Assembly: GCA_964187785.1 (NCBI GenBank)
Contig: OZ076409.1
Coordinates: forward strand, 57,662,001 to 57,726,000
Direction: 5' to 3'
Source of the DNA: Amphiscolops sp. MND2022
Taxonomy: Eukaryota
DNA: 64,000 bases
Under the pieces are notes generated by a model that worked only from the letters and a program-made list of their open reading frames with translations, was not told where the DNA came from and made no database searches. Below are positions 39,379 to 52,708 of the stretch, in pieces; the stretch's first letter is position 1, and each line of letters begins with the position of its first letter. The position numbers and the translations under genes are program-made.

Positions 39379-41049
39379 AGGCCAAAAAAGTGAGAGAAAT
39401 ATCACCAACCTCAGTCAGTGAAAAATGTTCGAAAATTTCTTTTCATATTTTTCAGATTTGTTGCTTATTCTTCCACCAAAAGTTCTCAAGGGGTAGATAA
39501 CAAGTGCCGGCCGTACCCACTAATCTCGCTGTTTTATTCAATATAATTACTTATGCTCCTTCATACCTAGTGAATATATCTCCATAATAATTCCTCGCAG
39601 CAAAACATGGCGATTTACCATTACAAATCAGTGAATGAAAATTTTGTAATTTTGATCACGAACACGGGAAATTGGCATTCGAGATATCCTGTTGAAGACA
39701 ATTGATAAAAAAGCTTAACGGGTTTCCATTTCTAATGACGTCATCGAACTGGGAACAAAAATGGAAAAAAGCTTTTAAAAAGACTAGTTAGTTTTGGTTG
39801 AACAACACTTTTCAGATACGCAACACTTCGCACAGACATCAAAATCAACTCTTCACTCTATTTGAATTTCACCCTCTGACGTAATCGTCATCACATCACA
39901 TACAATTACACCAGTTTTACTTTAAGTGAAGTAACTCTACACATTAAGTGAATAAAATAAAATTGAATAATCTCTTAACTAAAGCGCCGCCTTCAAATTC
40001 CACATTCAGGGAAAACATATCATTTTAAGTGAACTCTTCTTGTGAACGAAAAAAACGGGGCAATACAGTTTCAGTCCACAATAATTAAAATCCAATTTGA
40101 GTGAATCATCACCAAGAACATCCTCAGTAGGCAGCGAGAAAGAAAACCTGCACAATGACGAATAAGCGTTTTGCGACAAACAACAGCTACTTTTGTTTTT
40201 ATTGTCCAATATTCATTTAAAATGATTCACTATTCACTTGAAATTGAGATTGAGTTAACTTTTGAAACATTTGATTGGCTTCGGAAGTTGTGACTTTTCT
40301 CTAGATTCACTTGAAATAGAATTTGCTTCACTTGTTTTGGAATTGAAATGTCTTTGTTTAAAGTCGATTTAATCGGCTGTCAACGCCGCGATGGTATTCA
40401 AATAATACGGAATGCTATATTAATATTCCCTTCCATTTGCGTCACACCAATTGAGGTCCTTAGTTAATAAGTTTCGTGTTTATACGGGTTCAAGTCGGTG
40501 CCCGCTTAGTGCACAAAAAGTTTAAAGTCTCATGAAAATGTTAACTCGGATCAAAATTCAGAAGTTTGCATATAATCGTTGGTAGTCCCGCTGGAAGTCT
40601 TTCAAATATGGTCTAGGAAATATGCGAATATCTCACATTCGGGAAACAGATATAACGTCGGAAATTCGGAGATACAAAAGACTCATTAGTCAATGTCAAA
40701 CCCACACTGTTACTGGGAATACCTCAAACAGCTCGGTAACGAGATTTTTTAAAAAAAATAACACATAACGTCAACAAATCGCAATAGCACATTGTTCATC
40801 AAATAGACGTTATATCAGAAACCGGTACTATTTCGGTTAAATTATATAACATACTGAAATTCGACATTTTGATTAGATCAGATGCACACTCCCACCCTAA
40901 TTAAAGATAAGCCAATTAGAAAAGGTCGTAAGAGGCCGAAAAATCTTTTCCACAAGGTCAAAGGCCGAAAAAAGTTCGAAATTCTAACGAATTCAAGAGA
41001 AGTTCGTTGGTCTATTTTGGATTTTTAGATCGAAAATGAATCAAAGGGG

Positions 41050-41624
41050 TGCGTAAAGCGACACTTCGTCCTGAGCGGCGATCCGTCCTAAGCGAAAATT
41101 CGTCCCAAATACCAAAAAGCGTCAATTCGTCCCATTTTGAAAAGGCGACACTTCGTATCAATTATTAAAAGCTGCAATTCGTTCCCGATTTAATTGCCAA
41201 ATAATACCTTTGTAAAAATGGATCCAGATATATTACATTCAATTAGTTTATTACATTCAAGACGCTTTTTTTGGTGCTAAGGTTGAAATTGTGTGACAGT
41301 AGCCATAACCGGAGACGCATTTGATAATTAAAACGCGGGGTGATATAAACTTGGGGTGAAATGAATTTGGGGTGAAATGAATGTGGAGCAAATTGAACGT
41401 GGGGTGAAATGAAAGTAGGGTAAAATGAATGCAAATTGATATGGGGTGAATTATGAAATGATCTGAGGTTGTTAAATAGCTGATCGATTAAACAATTTGG
41501 GACGAATTGTCGCCTTTTCAGAATGGGAAGAACTCCCGCTTGGGACGAATTGTCGTTTTTTTTGTAATTTGGGACGAATTGTCACATGGGACGAATCATC
41601 GGTTGGGACGAATTGTCGGTCAAC
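41050..41624. mobile_element. MULE/foldback-like non-autonomous element with repeat-array TIRs
   Basis: Left arm has (caa)ttcgtccc units, right arm gggacgaattgtc units; a separate ggggtgaaatgaa array lies inside at 41337-41460. Ends approximate. Confidence 0.65.
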
Positions 41625-42257
41625 AGTGCTATGTGCATCGCGGATGCTCTTTGGATCTTAGATGATTTTAGAATTTGGATTTTTGCCTAACTTTAAACAT
41701 CAAAAAGTTAGGATTTCTTTTCTGAATTCATGTTCCGGGTGAAATTAACAATCACAGCGTACGAAATAATGCTTGAATGGCGACCTTACAACTTGAAAAA
41801 AGTTTTTTTCCTGATCTCAAAAATCTAAGAGGATATCTCCAGTGGAATGGAACCAAGTTCAAAAAAAGTCACACAGTTTTGAAAAAAAACCCAGAGGGGG
41901 GCACCTTTTGAAAACTTTTGTACCATGCACGGAATTCAAACCCGAAAAGGAAAAATTTCTTATGAAAAACTGAGTTGTTTTAAATTTCTCAAGATAGCGG
42001 AAAATGACACCGTCATCAAATTGCGTTGGCCAAATAGAATCAGTTCTATTGAAAGGCCTATGTTGCAGCCTCTCTTTAGCTAATGTCCATGTTATTTGCC
42101 TTTCTCGTGTTTGCAATTTCACTTTTATTTCAATGACTGTCGATGGTCTTTGGGTCCTGAGAAAAGCTTTTCATCTGTATGGAGGTACTTCTAAAACTCT
42201 TACCTTAGTTGACAAAACATTGAATATTTCAAATTTCACCTTGGTTACCGAGATGAC

Positions 42258-42422
42258 AAGAATCGATAACAAGGAACTATTAGAACTCTTTTTCTTATTA
42301 AAAAAACTAGAAAACTTTTTGAGAAATGAATTACGACGGCTGTGTTTACAGGAAATTGGATCTCATGGGCAAAACCTCGACGAGCTGAAAAGCTCTTCAA
42401 TCGTCCTTTTCGGAAAGATTCC
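42258..42422 (+). mobile_element. 3' fragment of a LINE related to 8310-10744
   Basis: IDNKELLELFF versus IDNKELFELFF at the end of ORF2; shared 3' UTR motif gggcaaaa..tcgacgagctgRaaagctcttc; similarity resumes after the BEL element at about 43643-43662. Confidence 0.8.
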
Positions 42423-43637
42423 TCTAATGGAGAAGTCAATGACTCACTACTACTACAACTTTGCATTACGACTTTTCATTGACTAGACTGACTCAATCAT
42501 TGGTTTTTCAACAATCATCGCCTAAAGTTGACTCAAGCAAAGACTCAAAGTGAAGCTCATAGGCTTACATTCTTGACAAATCCTATAGACTTAATAAAGA
42601 AAGAAAGTGAAAAGGTACCCCTACAAACTTATCATGGCGCCCAACGTGGAATATGGGAGCGCCTCATACGTTCCTGCAAAGACGCTCTTTATTCAGTCAT
42701 TGCATCTCAGACGCTAACTGATGACACCTTCACCACCGCCCTGAATGAGATTGAAGCGTTCCTGAACAACCGACCAATAACTGACGTCCCCGCTGAAAAT
42801 GAACGATACAGATGCCCTCACGCCGAATCATTTTTTGCTCGGGAGATAGCACATCAATGTGCCTCCTGGACAATTCGAAAACAAACGTGTCACTTACAGC
42901 AAATGATGGAAGTATGCCCAACAAATTGCAGACCATGTTTGGACCCGCCTCATCAAGGAGTACCTGTCAACACTTTTACCTAGACAAAAATGGCTCAAAC
43001 GCAGAGCACCTCTGAAAACTGGCCAAACAGTTTGGATCCTCAAAGATCTCACGCCGAGAGATCTTTGGCCAATTGGACGAATATCATCTATCGACGACAA
43101 CGAGACAACAGCCACGACAGGTTGAAGTCAAGACAAGAACAGGAAATTTCAAAATTCCAGGTATTCGCCTTGCACCAAAAGAAACTGAAGAACGCCTACA
43201 CCATGACGACGACTCCGAAGAAGAAGAAGAAGAAGAAGAAGAAGAAGAAGAAGAAGCAAAACGCTATACAAAATGAACAACAACACCGAACAGCAAAGAC
43301 AGCTTCTGCCTGAACACTTTATTTCCAAAAAAGTTATTAAAACGTTTTGAACGCAGCAGAAAACCCCCATCCTCTAGGACATAGGACTTAGGCCTAATAA
43401 TTTTACCAAGGTAAAATGGGGCTGGCTGTAATGGAGAAGTCAATGACTCACTTCTACTACAACTTTGCATTACGACTTTTCATTGACTAGACTGACTCAA
43501 TCATTGGTTTTTCAACAATCATCGCCTAAAGTTGACTCAAGCAAAGACTCGAGGTAAAGTTCATAAGCTTACATTCTTGACAAATCCTATAAACTTATTA
43601 AAGAAAAAAGTGAAAAGGTACCCCTACAAACTTATCA
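42423..43637 (+). mobile_element. Internally deleted BEL/Pao LTR retrotransposon (1.2 kb)
   Basis: LTRs 42423-42634 and 43427-43637 (about 10 differences by eye); TSD ATTCC/TTTCC; PBS TGGCGCCCAACGTGG (tRNA-Lys CUU); integrase C-half GIWERLIRSCK..EIEAFLNNRPIT..LTPNHFLLG; (GAA)13 at 43217-43255. Confidence 0.9.
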
Positions 43638-43989
43638 TTTCCCATAACGTTTGTTTTATAGGAAAGCTTTCGTCCTACTTTTGGATCGTTTCCTACTATG
43701 GAATTATCCGAATTTTTCATAAAAACGGCTTTTCAGCATATTTATGAAACCCAGCTCCGACTCGAAATGTTCTTGTCTTGATACAATCATGGAAAAAAGA
43801 TCGCGTAATGAACGAACAAACTCTTCACAGTTTCAATATCATCCAGGTTTTTGTTTCATTGAAAAACACCACTTGAATAAAAATATCTCTAATTTAGCAG
43901 CACTAATTTCAATCTCCAATCAATTTATACAACTCTTAATATGCTTCGAATCTCTCAAGCGATCGAAATAAACTGATCCAACTATACTG

Positions 43990-44872
43990 AGATGACATTT
44001 TGAGACACCTGGGTATTTCAAACGGCGGATTACAGCCTCTTTTCCAAAAACCCAAAACTGGCTTCTCGTCGCGGGATAAGCATCGATCTGGACGTCCTAC
44101 GAAAGTGACAAAACGAAGTTAAAGATGAATTATCAAAGAAAACAAGGCAAACCAATTTCTCATCTCCTCTGAACTGTGTCATCAAATTTACGAAAAAACT
44201 TCAAGAACCACAAGGACTGTTCTCATTAAGAATGTTCTTCACGGCAGAATTGCAGCACCTAGGGCTGAGTTGATGCTAACACATGTTGTGGCAAGATTGA
44301 TGTTTTGCCAATCAAAAATTGACTGAACTATTTCCGGCTGGGAAAGAGTAATTTCAGCGATGAATTGAAGAACGAATTGAATCCTCAGCGTAGGCAATAT
44401 GTGAGAAGACCGAAAGGATTACGACATAAATGCCCTTATTACTCAAAAAGTACGAAATGTTTAAAATCTATCATGGCTTGGGGAAGTAATAATGGCGATG
44501 GTGTGAAGTATTTGGTCATTTGCGAATCATCGATAAATGCCACAGAATATCAACGTATTTTGACGGAAGCACTTCCTATCTTGTATACAGTAAGTTTCAT
44601 ATACTTAAACAACATATATTTAATCTTAGCTGGGTTCACTCACTTCTAACTGGCATGAGGTAAGTTATCTATTCCGGCAAGATTGCGCTAGTTGTCACAA
44701 CACAAAACCGGCAATGCATTTGCTTGACGAAAATGGTTTCAGTTTTCTACGAAACTACACGGGCCAGAGTCCGATTTACCGATTATTGAGAATATATATA
44801 GAGGCTTTTTGCCTCGTTACGAAAACGTATAGAATCTGTCATTATGGTGTGTGGTAGAACCATCTCTTATTA
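43990..44872 (+). pseudogene. Decayed Tc1/mariner transposase
   Basis: Motifs RSGRPTK, WERVI/FSDE, YVRRP, IMAWG, INATEYQRIL, FRQDCASCH, PIIENI, KRIESVI across stops and frameshifts; TIRs not identified; boundaries approximate. Confidence 0.8.
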
Positions 44873-45036
44873 GTCTCGGTTTCATTTTCATTTGGTTTCA
44901 TATACCCGCTAGAACGTTATAACGACTTCTATTGATGTCATTTGCAAATTCAATTTCCACTACGAAAGCTTTTTTCGACGATTGTAGTTCTAGATGTCAA
45001 CAGATATATGAATTCTAGTCTAAACTGTCCATCCAA

Positions 45037-45319
45037 TTTTGGGTCGGAATATTTTGTGAGGAAATGCGCCCGACTATTACAAAGACTGATTTTTTAGTCA
45101 GAGAACGAAATGTTTTAGGAATTATCCACTTTTGCCTGAAATCTAAATCCCCTGGATTGACGTTTTTCATTGTTTTTCATTTTCACTTCAACTACAACAC
45201 TGCATCAGACTGCAAGTTTCCACTTTTTTCATGAAAACAGCCTTTTGGCAGATGTAAAAGACTTTTTGCGTTTTTTGAGCCTTGAGTGGGGCGCCAATTT
45301 GAGACGTTTTTGTCTCGTT
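45037..45319 (+). mobile_element. Short decayed Helentron-like family A copy
   Basis: 5' ttttgggtcgg..gcgcccgactatt; 3' ggggcgccaattt-gagacg-tttt-tgtctc-gtt. Confidence 0.55.
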
Positions 45320-47634
45320 CTTTTGAAACCTGGGTGTTTACAGTGTTTTTGTACAGCTCGACGACCTTGATATGCAGCATCAAGGAAGTCAACAACAAAA
45401 ACTGAAAAAAAATACAAAATGTTCGTAGACAAAACGGAGCTTTTTACAGTCGGAAACGTTCTCATCTAACAAGGCAGATAAAATCGAGAAACTGGGCATT
45501 CTGCGCAGCTCACATTGAGGAGTTCTGAAGAACCAAAAACTAACAAGGAACAATAAAGGGTACATTTTTTTTGTATTCTTGTAACATTTTAAACCTTCTA
45601 CTGAAATTTTGAAAGTCTTCATTTCATGTTTCCATGAATTTCATCTCGTGTTTTTTCAGAATACAAAACAAAATGACGTAATCGTAGAATTCAGATTGTT
45701 TTTGAAATCCAGAAAAGGTAAAATGGTGATAAGAAGTTGCGAATATCATGAAACTTCTTGTGCAATGTGTTTCGTTTGAACGATCATACTAGTAGCTGTT
45801 GGGCTTCATACGGGTTTTTGTAGATCTTCTCTTGTGACTTGTGAAGGAATTATTACAAATGAATGCAAAATTGTGCAGTGACACTTTGGTTTTTGCGAAA
45901 ACGGCAACTTCAAGTCAAGAGACAACAACCAACTTTCCAATTTGAAATTTTTGGGGTCGTCGGGCTGTCGTATGTCCTAATGCATTTTCAGTTTACTAAT
46001 GCACTTACAGGAAAAACTTTATGCTGTTTACAGCTTTAACTTTATGCAGGAAAAAAGCATGGCCCGTTATAGGTAAAACTATTGGATAGTTCAAACTCGA
46101 ACAGATAATAATCAATCATATGCACAATGTTAGAAAATATTGAGCATGAACAAAAAATTAAAGAGTCTGTAGAAATTAAAGTTTGCGGGCTAGATCTACG
46201 TTGCGGGTGGGAATCGAACAGCCAATAGATAAATCATTGGCTAGTTCCTTGGAAAGGCTGTCTTCTTCCTTCACGACATCTCAAACATACTTAACGTTTT
46301 GAAAATTTAGACGAAATTGTCTTTAAGCAAGTGAATTAGTCTCTGTTTGTTGGGGGAAGGATGCTACTTAGTGAAAAACATGACCCAAATACATTTCTGT
46401 GAGCCTATTGTCGACTAATGACGTCATTGGTTGCAAGGCTTCCAAATTGATTGTCCAGACTTATTTGTTGAAATCATGTTTAGAAGAGCCCTCAGTAAAA
46501 CAAGCATTGAAATTGTTTTTTTTTTCAGTTAATTTTCTGCTTGACAAAATTTTGAAAACACTCTCGAAAAGTGCTCAAATGGATTCATAAAAAATGTAGG
46601 ATTTTTTCTACAGCAGCTAAATAGACTCGAAATATTTCTTTGAACAAGATTTTTATTTTAGTGAATTCGTCAAGTTTTCAGCTTCAATGACTTTACACAG
46701 CATTTTATACATCATGTTAAATTGGACATTTTATTCGTGACTGATTTTTTGCTAAGCCATAAAATTGATGCTTTGAAGCTACTTTCCTTTGAAGCATCGG
46801 TGAAACTCCTTGTAAACTCGTTTCACAGGAATTGAATTTAATTAGTAACCATTGAATAGTAGATACATCTGTTTTTTCTTCAGTTGAAAAATGAGAAGGT
46901 GAGAATGATTCCTAAAGTACATTTAGAATGAAAGCTTTCAAAGTTCAGTGTCAGCAATTTTTCTTCGAAGAGAAATTGGGTGATTCAAACTATTCTCAAT
47001 TAATCAATTTCATTCATTCGAGAATGAAATTGATTAATTGTTCATTTCATCCTGGGTCATTTTTGCACAATGTAATTCATCCTACTTGTTTTTACTCGAT
47101 CCAACCCAGCCTGCATTGAATTTTCCGTCAATTTGATCAAACATACCGTCAATAATTTGACATTTGCAGGCTTATAAAAGCCTGCGAAAGACCTCTATGA
47201 ACTTTGTACGTACTGTAGCCCTCATCAAATGCTAGCCTTTTCTCGCAAAGATCCTCTGCGAGGAAGTTAGGCGAGCCAGGCACCTGTTCTAAAACTCAGA
47301 CCGCTCATTAATTACCCTTTAGGTAGTAGTTACAAAATGGTATTGAAATGCCTGAGGTAGTAAGAGCTCGCTCCGAGTGCTCTAGTGGCGGAGATTCCAT
47401 TCATACTCCGAGGGCATAGCATACACATGTGACTCCAAGGACCGTTGACGGCTATCTTTGAAAGCGAAGACAAAATCGACATTAGATGTGCTTTGTAAGG
47501 GCATGTGGTATAGAGAACGTTAGACTCGATCAAAAATTCCTTCAAAAATTCGTACTTCTAATCAATTACCAACTAACATATAACCAGTTCATGGACGTTG
47601 TTTTTTACAGTATTCGATTCTTTCACTTTATTTT

Positions 47635-50600
47635 TGTGGTGACGTCATCGTCACTTGTTGTTATTCGGTAAACAACTACCGTTCGTAACCGAAGAAGCTA
47701 CTTCAATTTCATTGGTTCCGAGATTCGGTTACAAAACACCGAAGAATAGAAACTTTCAATATGCGTTACCGATGAACGGTGAAAGAACTCAAGTAAGCTC
47801 TTACATAATAGACTTGTATTTTAACTGGTGTCAACTATTAATTTGAATATTATTTTACTGTATTGTACGGACAATAATGAAATAAAACGAGAACCTGAAT
47901 TGAACTGAGTTTAAAACAAAATCTTTTCAAACCACTTTACGACAAATGGTGTCCAGACCACCGAAATTCCTTTAAATTTGAAAATTGATTTCAAAGGAAA
48001 CAGAAGATTTCTTGCCGTTATTTCATTTCAACCGAAAGGGCGAAGGCTATAATCAATTCGTTCGGTGGACTTATCAAAATGCAAGCAACGGAGACAAAAA
48101 AGCAACTCAATCTGCACGAACCCGAAGCTGCTCTAGCCTGGATAGACGCATTCAAAGCGCGATGTCGGGCCGAAAAGAAAGCAGATGTACCGGCAGCTGG
48201 AACAACACCGGCCGATTTACAAGTAACGGATCAATTTCTTTTCCGTTGCGGTGTGGAAAGTCTTATGAAGGTCAAGTCACTTGTTGCACCGACAAAAGTG
48301 GAAACAATGGCTTTCAATGAAATTGAAACGGTACTGGAAAAATACCTGCAGCCTAGAAAAAGACTTGTTATTGCCGAACAAACAAAATTCGTGGCTATTA
48401 CCCAGAGGAATGGAGAATCATCGGGAGATTTTCTGGCACGTCTGAAGGAAGCAGCACGATATTGTGAGTTCGGTAATTTGAAAACTATCGCTGATCCCGA
48501 AGCTTACATGATACGGTTACGTTTTATTGCTGGATTACAAAATTCCGAACACAAATTAAAAGTGTTGGAACATCTTCAACAAAACCCAGACGCTACAATA
48601 GACGACATTTTGTTGGTTATTCAGCAGCGTGAACAAACCGTACAATTCGTGAACAAACAGAACGAACCGAATGAAACAGTTTCATTTGCGCGGAACGGTC
48701 AATTACGAAAGAAGACAACCGGAAATGGCAAAATTTCAACCGGCATCCACCACAAAGCCGAAGAATGTCCGAAATGCGGAACGAGGCATGAACCAAGGAG
48801 TTGTCCGGCCTTCGGCAAAACATGCAACAACTGCAAGAAGCCGAACCATTTCGCAAAAGTGTGTCGGGTGAAGAAACAAACAAACCATTTTGTTGGAAAA
48901 GAAGCCAATATCGAAGAAAACAATGGCAGTAACTCCGATTATTCGTATTTTATTGGGCATACCGACTATATCAAGAATGGTACAATGGAGAAAATCAAAG
49001 TGAATGGTAAAGAAATATCAATGATGAAAGACACTGGAGCATCACTGACGCTGATTTCAAAGAAGCTGTGGAAACAAATTGGGCAACCGAAACTTGAAGA
49101 AAAGAACACGGGAATTGAAACATATGACAAGCATAAAATGAAATATCTCGGTGTTTTCTTTTCGACGGTGCTTTATAATAACAAACAAGTAAATGTAAAC
49201 ATTGCTGTTGTTGATGCTGATAGAAACTTTGGTTTATTGGGACGTGATATATTGAATAATTGCAAAGAGTCCATTGACCGGTGCTTCAAAGCAGAAGCAT
49301 CCGAAAAGCTACCAACAGTGAAAGGTGCTAAAGCTTCCATTAAATTGAAGCCCGATGCTAAACCAATGTTTTGCGCGGCACGGAAGGTACCGTTGCCACT
49401 TGAACGGAAAGTCAATAAAACCATTGATGAATTACTGTTGTTGGGAATTCTTGAACCGGTTGAAGCCGGTGGTGTAGATAATTGTTCCCGGTTGTGTGGG
49501 TGAAAAAAGGTGATAAACTACGAATGTGTGCTGACTATAAAGTACATGTAAATGATAAAATAAGTACCGAAGCCTACCCCCTCCCTTGTATTGAAACCAT
49601 TTTCTCAAAAGTGTCAGGCGCTAAATTCTTTGCAAAAATTGATCTATCTAATGCTTATTGGCAAATTCCACTTGATGAAAAATCGCAATATGTGTGTACA
49701 GTGAATACAACCCGAGGCCTATTTCGAGTCACCCGGTTACAACAAGGATTGAAAAATGCAGCGGCCATTTTCCAGCAAGCTATCGAAGAAGTGCTCAAAG
49801 GACTGGACGGTTGCGTCGCATATCAAGATGATATCTTGTTGTTCGGTGTAAACGAGGCCGAACTCCGGAAAAGATACAATGCAGTCAAAGAACGGCTGGC
49901 AGCAAAGAACTTCACCGTGAATGAAGACAAGTGCGTATCATTCTCGACAACGTAATCTTTTTTGGGCTATGAAATTTCATCGGAAGGAGTGAAGCCGGAA
50001 CAGAAGCACGTTCAAAAACTTCTTCAACTGCAGCCACCGAAGGATGTCAAAGAAGTTGAAGCTTTTATCGGACTTATCAACTACTTTGGGCGAATGATTC
50101 CAAACTATGCGGCCAAGACGCGGTGTATCAATGAACTCCGGCAAAAAGATAAACCTTTCAAGTGGACCGATGAATGTCAAAGGGCATTCCAGTCACTGGT
50201 AGATGAGCTTACAAGTGAACCATTAGTACAACCGTACTCATTGGATAAAGAAGTGACTCTCACAACTGATGCATCCGAAAAAAACCATTGGCGCTGTATT
50301 AACGCAGAATACTGTATTAACCCGGTAATCTACATATCTCGAAACTTGACATCAGCAGAACAGAAATACAGCAACATTGAACGGGAAGCGCTTGCTGTAG
50401 TATTCGCAGTGACACGACTTCGACAATTTTTATTGGGGAGGAAGTTCACGCTGAGAACAGATCACAAGCCACTACAGTATATCTTCAATCCGAGCAACCA
50501 GATACCGAAAGTTGTATCAGCGAGACTTGCGCGATGGGCAATAACACTGATGGCCCATGACTATGATGTACAATACACTCCCGGTCAAGATATTGGTCAT

Positions 50601-52209
50601 GCCGATGCAATGTCACGCTTACGGTTCAAAGACGATGAAGACGACTTAGTTGCGGTAGCAATGGCTACATTCGAGAAACCCGTGATTGATGCCGAGAAGT
50701 TACGGAAAGAGATGCAATCGAATGAGTTCACGAAACGGATGATGAACAGAATCCGAACTGGAAAGTGGAAAAACTGTACCAAAATGGAGAAATCTTTAAT
50801 GAATGTTTCAAATGCATTAACAGTACAAAATGACTTGATAAATAATGGATCGAGAGTTTTTATACCAATTACATGCCGAAAACAAGTGATTGATAAATTT
50901 CACGACGTCCATCAAGGAATCAATGCTTTGAAAAACTTGGTGAAAAATAATGCGTGGTGGCCGTTTATGGACAACGATATCGAACAATTTGTCAAAAACT
51001 GTCCCGAATGCAGCAAAAACCGACCGAGACTGATTGATTCTACCGACAAATGGGAAGAATGCGCTCCATGGGAAAGACTGCATATGGACTGGCTTTATGA
51101 AGCAGAACACGGTAACATTCTGATCATTGCTGATGCTGGGTCCGGTTGGCTGGAAGCTTTCCCGTGCACGGACCGATCAACGCGGAACGTGGTCAGATGT
51201 CTCCGAACAATCTTTTCTCGGTTTGGAATACCATATACGGTTGTGTCCGATAACGGAAAGGAGTTTGTATCCAAAGACCTTAAAAATTGGTTGGCAGCAC
51301 AAGGATGCAAAAAGATTGACACACCTTTGTATTCACCGAGAAGCAATGGACTTGCCGAGAGAGCTGTTCAAACATTGAAAAGAAGCCTGAAATTTTACAA
51401 TAAAGACATTGGATGTTCATTGACTACTTATATTGATAAAATTTTGTTCAGTCATCGAAATTCTTCAAATGCTAGAGGTGACACTCCTGCTAAATTACTA
51501 CTTGGAAAAAACTTGAGAAACCCTGTTGTTGGATTTTATGAAGTTGATGAAAAAATGCTGTACGAACCCACTTCAAACCATGAGCCGAAAGAATTGACTT
51601 ACATTATCCGGAAAGGACGAAACACGGCTTGGCTTCATGACAACAACCGAACAATTTTGGCTAGTGACGGACAAATCGCATCACTACCATCATCAAGCGT
51701 TGTGGAAGCGGAACCTCAGCCGAACATTGGACATGATGCTATTCAAGATCCAGTCACCCCGAAGACTAGTAACGCTGATAACTTAAGTCCGGTGCTGACC
51801 GAAGAACATACCGCAGTAACCAATGATAGACCGAAACGATTACGAACCCAAACCCAGAAGTATCAAGCAGGATTTGCATGAATCAACTAAAAGAGGGGAT
51901 GTGGTGACGTCATCGTCACTTGTTGTTATTCGGTAAACAACTACCGTTCGTAACCGAAGAAGCTACTTCAATTTCATTGGTTCCGAGATTCGGTTACATA
52001 ACACCGAAGAATAGAAACTTTCAATATGCGTTACCGATGAACGGTGAAAGAAATCAAGTAAACTCTTACATAATAGACTTGTATTTTAACTGGTGTCAAC
52101 TATTAATTTGAATATTATTTCACTGTATTGTACGGACCATAATGAAATAAAACGAGAACCTGAATTGAACTGAGTTTAAAACAAAATCTTTTCAAACCAC
52201 TTTACGACA
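47635..52209 (+). mobile_element. Full-length, recent Ty3/Gypsy LTR retrotransposon (Mag-like)
   Basis: 310-bp LTRs 47635-47944 and 51900-52209 (TG...CA, 5 mismatches by eye); TSD ATTTT at 47630-47634 and 52210-52214; PBS-like TGGTGTCC at 47947; PPT AAAAGAGGGGA at 51889-51899. Confidence 0.97.
48079..51881 (+). pseudogene. Gag-pol polyprotein of the Gypsy element, few lesions
   Basis: Paired knuckles CPKCGTRHEPRSC / CNNCKKPNHFAKVC, protease DTGAS, RT YQDD, RNase H TDAS..EREALA..TDHKPL, integrase HHCC and D,D35E-type core; frameshift near 49485, stop at 49953-49955, compensated frameshift 50278-50321. Confidence 0.93.
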
Positions 52210-52708
52210 ATTTTTAGTTTAAGCCGAGGTCAGGCGTCTATACTTTTACAACAACAAGTTCGATCGAATACACTATTTTTAACTACTTTCAATACCTTTT
52301 AAACTACGAACTTAGTTCATCAGAATGAAACATGGCACAGTCCGCATTCGTTCAAAATCGCAGTGACCAAAATGGAACAACAAGTTATACAAGTGAAATA
52401 TGTGATATCACGGTCGAGTTGACTCAGTAATCAAAGCATGAAGTTTATAGCCGGAATGGAGTGGTTAGTGAAGATGTTTTTTTAGTCGGCGCGTTTTTCT
52501 TTTACAGTGCCTGACTCTTACAGTGACCTTTTTTTTCTCCAGACAACAGACCTCACACTGATCGGTCAACTTTTTGAGAACCTCCTGAAACCACTAAGGC
52601 CAAGTTGGGTCAATGCAAACTTAGGGCAAAGGGTCCCCTTTCATTTTTTTTACTTTTTAAGGTAACCTGCAAAACAGGATAAGACTAAAGGGCAAGTTTG
52701 TTTGTTTG

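Noticed and set aside
45024..45048. Candidate TIR for the Tc1 remnant
   Set aside because: No matching partner upstream; overlaps the 5' hairpin of a family-A repeat.
47330..47545. Slightly GC-richer stretch with a 71-aa ORF
   Set aside because: No motif or convincing splice-site pair.
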